64,000 nt of DNA, taken from the NCBI RefSeq assembly GCF_009914755.1, contig NC_060936.1; one strand, given 5' to 3'. The position numbers and the translations under genes are program-made. Below the pieces are notes generated by a model that saw only the letters and a list, made by a program, of their open reading frames with translations, made no database searches and was not told the origin of the DNA. This document shows positions 58,494 to 64,000 of this stretch, in pieces. Position 1 is the first letter of the stretch; each line of letters begins with the position of its first letter. This stretch comes from the human T2T-CHM13v2.0 reference genome, Homo sapiens.

Positions 58494-58790
58494 TTTTTTT
58501 TTTTTTTTGAGATGGAGTCTCACTCTGTCACCCAGGTTGGAGTACAGTGGGTGATCTTGGCTCACTGCACATTCCGCCACCTGGGTTCATGCCATTCTCC
58601 TGCCTCAGCCTCCAGAGTAGCTGGAAGTACAGGGGCCTGCCACCAAGTCTGGCTATTTTTTTTTTTAATTTTTCATAAAGACGGTGTTTCACCATGTTAG
58701 CCAGGGTGGTCTCAATCTCCTGACCTCGTGAACTGCCCAACTCAGCTCCCAAAGTGCTGGAATTACAGGGGTGAACCACTGCACCCAGCC
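58494..58790 (-). mobile_element. AluY-like element in alpha satellite
   Basis: TSD TCCCTTAGT at 58483-58491 and 58792-58800; GGGTTCATGCCATTCTCC, GTTAGCCAGG. Confidence 0.85.
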
Positions 58791-61700
58791 ATCCCTTAGT
58801 AGATTCTAAAAAAAGAGGATTTCCAACCTGCTGAATCAAAGAAAGGTTTAACTCTGTTAGATGAGTGCACTCATTGCCAAGCGGTTTCCCAGAGAGCTTG
58901 TTTCTAGTTTTTATCATGTGATATTCTGTTTTTCACTATAGTTCTTGATGGGCTCAGAAATATCCTTTGTACATTCCACAAGAAGAGTGTTTGCAGAATC
59001 AAAAGAATTTTTTTAACTCTGTAAGGTAAATCCACACATAGCAAAGCAGTTTTACAGATATCTTGTTTCTAGTTTTTATCCTGGAATATTCAGTTTTTCA
59101 CTATAGGCCTCAATGGGCTCCAAATACCCCACTGTAGATTCTAAAAAGAGAATGTTTCCAACCTATTGAATCAAAAGTAAGTTTTAACTCTGTTCAATAA
59201 CTACACACATCATAAGACAATTCAATGGAAACTTTTTTCTAGTTTTTGTCACGGAATATTCGGTTTTTCACTATAGGCCTCACTGGGCCTTGTAATGTCC
59301 CTTCACTGATTCTGCAAAATGAGGGTTTCCAACCAGCTGAATTGAAAGACAGGTTTAACTCTATGAGCTGAATCCACACACCACATAGCAGTTTCACAGA
59401 TAGCTTCTTTCTAGTTTTTATCGTGGGATATTCAGTTTTTCACTATAGGCCTCAGGGGACTCCAATGTATTCTTCCGCTGATCCTACAAAAAGAGTGTTT
59501 CCACCCTGCTGAATCAAAAGAAAGGTTCAACTCTGTGAGCTAAATCCACACATGCAAAGCAGTTTCACAAATAGCTTCTTTATGGGTTTTATAATGGGAT
59601 ATTCCGTATTTCACTATAGGCCTCATAAAGCTCTGAAATGTCCATTTGTAAATTCTATACATAGAGTGGTTTCAATCTGCTGGAAAGAAAGAAATGTTTA
59701 TCTCAATGAAACAAATCCGCACATCCCAAAGCGGTTTTACAGTTAGATTCTTTCTAGTTTTTTTCACAGGATATTCCATTTTTCACTATAGGCCTCAATG
59801 GGATCTGAACTGTCCCTTCATAGATTCTTCACAAAGAGGGTTTCCAACATGTTGAATCAAAGGAAAGGTTTAGCTCTTTAAGATGAATTCACACACTGCA
59901 AAGTGGTTTCTCAGATAGCTTCTTTCTAGTTTTTATCATGGGATATTCTGTATTTCGATATAGGCATCAGTGGGCTCTGAAATGTTCCTTCAGAGATTCT
60001 AGAAAAAGAGTGTTTTAAACATGCTGAATCAAAAGAAAAGTTCAACTTTTTGAATCCACACCTTGCAAAGTGGTTTAACAGATAACAACTTTCTAGTTTT
60101 CATTATGGCATATTCATTTTTTTAATATAGGCCTCAATGGGCTGCAAAATGGCTCCTCACAAACTACAAAAAGAGTGTTACTGAGCTGCTGAATCAAAAG
60201 CAAGGTTTCACTCTTGGAGATGAACTTATACATTGCAAAGCAGTTTTACAACTTCTTTCTAGTTTGTATTGTGGGGTATTCAGTTTTTCATTATAGGACT
60301 TACTGCTCCTTGAAATATCTCTTTGCAGATTCTACAGAAAGAGTGTTTACAAACTGCTGATTCAAAAGAAAGGTTTAACTCTCTGAACTGAAACCACACA
60401 TTACAAAGCCATTTCACAGATAGCTTTTTTCTAGTTTTTATTGCATGATATTCAGTTTTTCACTATAAGTCTCAAGGCCTACCAAAATGTCCCTTTGCAG
60501 TTTGTACAAAAAGAGTGTTTCAAAACCGCTGAACTAAAAGTAAGGTTTAAGTCTGTGAGCAGAATACACACATCACAAAGCAGTGTCACAGATAGCTTCT
60601 TTCTAGGTTTTACGGTGGGATATTCGACATTTTACTATAGGCCTCAGTGAGGTGTGAAATGTCACTTCACGGATTCTACAAAAAAAGTGTTTCTAACCTG
60701 CTGAATCAAAAGATAGGTTTAACTTTGTCAGCTGAAGCCACACCTCACAAAGTGGATTAACAGATAGCACCTTTCCTGTTATTATGGCTGGACATTTGAT
60801 ATTTTACTGTAAGTCTCAGTGGAATGAAAAATGTCCCTTTGCAGATTCTACAAAAATAGTGTTTCCAACCTGCTGAATCAAAAGAAAGGTTTAATTCTGT
60901 GAGATGAATCCACAAATTACAAAGCCATTTCACATATAGCTTCTTTCTAGTTTTTGTGACGGAATATTCAGTTTTCCACTATAAGCCTCAGTGGGCTTCA
61001 AAATTTCCCTTCACAGATTCTACAAACCAAGTGTTTCCAACATGCTTAATAAAAAGTAAGTTTTAACTCTGAGCTGAATTGACTAATAGGAAAGCAGTTT
61101 GACAGAGAGCTTCTTTCTAGTTTTTATTGCTGGATATTTGGTTTTTCACTGTAAGCCTTACTGTGCTCAAAGTGTCCCTTCACAGATTCTACAAAAAGAG
61201 TGTTTCCAAACTGCTGATTAAAAAGTAAAGTTTAACTCTGTGAGCTGTTTTCACATATCACAAAGCAGTTTTACAGATAGCTTCTTTCTAGTTTTTATCT
61301 AGGAATATTCAGTGTTTCAGTATAGGCCTTACTGTGCTAGGAAATATCTCTTCACAGACTCTACATAAAGAGTGTTTCCAAACTGGTTAATCAAAAGAAA
61401 TGTTTAATCTGTGAGGTGAATCCACACATCACAAAGCAGTTTCAGATATACCTTATTTCCAGTTGGTATCAAGAAATATTCAGTTTTTCACTATAGGTCA
61501 AAATGACCTCCAAAATGTAGCTTCGTGGATCCTACAAAAAGAGTGTTTTCAAACTCCCAAATCAAAAGAAAAGTTTAACCCTGTGAGCTGAATGCACACA
61601 TCACAAGGCAGTTTCACAGATGCTTCTTGCTAGTTTTTATCCAGGGATATTCAGATTTTCACTATGAGTCTCAATGACTTTTGAAATGTTGCTTTGCCAA

Positions 61701-63764
61701 TTCTATAAAAAGAATGTTTCCAATCTTCTTAATCAAAAGAAAGGTTTCATTCCATGAGGTGAATTGACACATAACAAAGCAGTTTTACAGATACCTTTCT
61801 TCCAGTTTTTACTGTGGAATATTCGGGTTTTCCCTATAGGCCTCAGTGGGCTTTGTAATGCCCCTTTACAGATTTTACAAAAAGACTGTTTCCAACTTGT
61901 GGAATCAAAAGAAAGGTTCAACTCTGTGAGCTGAATGCAGCCAACACAAAGCAATTTCACAGATAGATTTTTCTAGTTTTTATCACGGGATATTCATTTT
62001 TTCACTATAGGCCTCACTACACTCCTAAATTTCCCTTTTCTGATTGTACAAAAAGAGTGTTTCCAAACTGCTTAATCAAAAGAAAAGTTTAATTGTGTGA
62101 GCTGACTGTACACATCATAAAGCAGTTTCTCAGATAGCTTTTTTCTAGTTTTTATCATGGGATATTCAGTTATTCACTAAAGGCCTCAGGGGGCTCTGAA
62201 ATGTTTCTTCATAGATTCTACAAAAAGAGTGCTTTGAAACTACTGAATCAAATAAAAGGGTTAACTGTGTGAGGTGGATCCACAAATCACAAAGCAGTTT
62301 CACAGATAGCTTCTTTCTAAATTTTCTGGTGAGATATTTGATATTTTACTATAGGTCTCAGTGAGGTATGAAATGTCCCTTGGTTGATTCCACAAAAAAA
62401 TTGTTTCTAACCTGCTGAATCAAAGGTAGGTTTAACTTTCTCAGCTGAATTCACACCTCAAAAAGCAGATTCACAAATAGCATACTTTCTGTTTTTATGG
62501 CTTGATATTCAGTGTTTTACTCTAGGCCTCAGTGGGCTGCGAAAAGTTCTTTAGCAGATTCTACAAAAATAATGTTTCCAACCTGCCTAATCAAAAGAAA
62601 GGTTTCACTCTGTGAGCTGAATCCACACTTCACAAAGCAGTTTCTCATATAGCTTCTTTCTAGTTTTTATCAAGGGATATTCAGTTTTTCACTATAGGCC
62701 TCAATGCCCTTTGAAATGTTCTGATGGACCATCTACAAAAAGAATGTTTCCAAACTGCTGAATTAAAAGGAGGATTCAACTGTGTAAGCTGAATGTTCAC
62801 ATCACAAACAGTTTCACAGATAGCTTTTTTCTAGTTTTTATTTCAGGATGTTTGGTTTTTCACTGTAGGCGTCAGTGGGCTCAGAAATGTCCCTTTGCAG
62901 ATTCTACAAAAAGAGTGTTTCCAAACTACTGAATCAAAAGTAGGGTTTAGCTCTGCGAAATGCATGCACAAGTCACTGAACAGGTTCACAAATAGCTTCT
63001 TTCTTTTTTTTATTTTGGGATATTCAGTTTTTCACTACAGGCCTCAGTGGGCTCTAAATTGTCCCTTTGGAGATTCTGCAAAAAGAGTGTTTTTGAACTA
63101 CTGAATCAAAAGAAAGGATTAACTCTGTGAGCTGAATGCAGACATCACAAAGCAATTTCAGAGATAGCTTTTTTCTAGTTTTTATCATAGGATATTTCTA
63201 AACTGCTCAATCAAAAGAAACGTTTCACTCTGTGAGCTGAATCCACATATCACAAAGCAGTTTCACGGATAGCTTCTTTCTAGTTTTTATCGTGGGATAT
63301 TCAGTTTTTTACTATATGCCTCAGTGCCCTCCAAAATTTCCACTCGCACATTCTACAAAAAGAGACTTTCCAATCTGCTGAATCAACAGTAAGGTTTAAC
63401 TCTGTGAGCTGAATGTACACATCACAATGCAGTTTCACAGGTAGATTCCTACTAGTTTTTATAATAGGATATTCAGTTTTTCACTGTAGGTCTCAGTGGA
63501 CTCTGAAGTGTCCCCTGGCTGATTCTACAAAAAGTCTGTTACCAAACTGCTTAATCAAAAGAAACTTTAACCCTGAAAGCAGAATCCACACATCACAAAG
63601 CAGTTTCACAGATAGATTCTTTCTCGTTTTCATTTTGGGATATTTGTTTTTTCACTGTAGGCCTCAGTAGGCACCAAAATGTTTCTTTGCAGATACTACA
63701 AGAGGAGTATCTTCAAACTGTTGAATCAAATGTTACATTGAACACTGAAATGAAGGCATATATC

Positions 63765-64000
63765 ACCAGGGTGTGTGTCTCACCCATGCAGGGCTCCCCA
63801 AAGTGGCAAGAAGGCCCATAGGGGAAGATAAGGCTTGAAAGGGGAGGTAGAGACACCTGTGGAAGGAAAAAAAATGGCTTGGAAGAGAAGGGGGGCCTGG
63901 GTCCTCCATGGAGGAAAGTGGCTTCCCAGCAGCCCCTGCCCTGGTCCCAGAGTATACTGGTGTCTCTGGTTCACACCCACACTATGTGTCTCACCCACGG
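63765..64000. repeat. Start of a probable gamma satellite (GSAT/GSATII-like) array
   Basis: Abrupt switch to GC-rich sequence; TGTGTCTCACCCA recurs at 63774 and 63985 (211-bp period); only ~1 unit visible. Confidence 0.6.

Overview
Primate (very probably human) pericentromeric DNA with no intact protein-coding gene. It is a mosaic, from left to right: (1) ~1-18.7 kb, Alu/MIR/L2/MER5-rich euchromatin-like sequence with a MER9 solo LTR and a (CAY)n tract; (2) ~19-37 kb, old-L1-rich sequence resembling a ZNF91-family KRAB-ZNF intron, with a degenerate KRAB-B exon remnant and a ~1.9-kb AK6 processed pseudogene interrupted by an AluY; (3) ~41-55.7 kb, a diverged orphan copy of the rDNA intergenic spacer (IGS), with a near full-length 8.7-kb HERV-H provirus (LTR7, 5-bp TSD, tRNA-His PBS, full-length env frame) inserted in its CT-rich tract; (4) an L1 ORF1 fragment joined directly to ~7 kb of diverged monomeric alpha satellite; (5) the start of a probable gamma-satellite array. 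This combination suggests the chromosome 12 pericentromere (AK6P1/AK6P2 region), which is an inference only. I see no evidence of a new functional gene system. The best leads are the HERV-H/rDNA-IGS chimera, the frameshift-free env, the possibly ancestral IGS copy and the 3'-extended AK6 retrocopy. Repeat-family and IGS calls rest on recalled consensus sequences, not on computed alignments.
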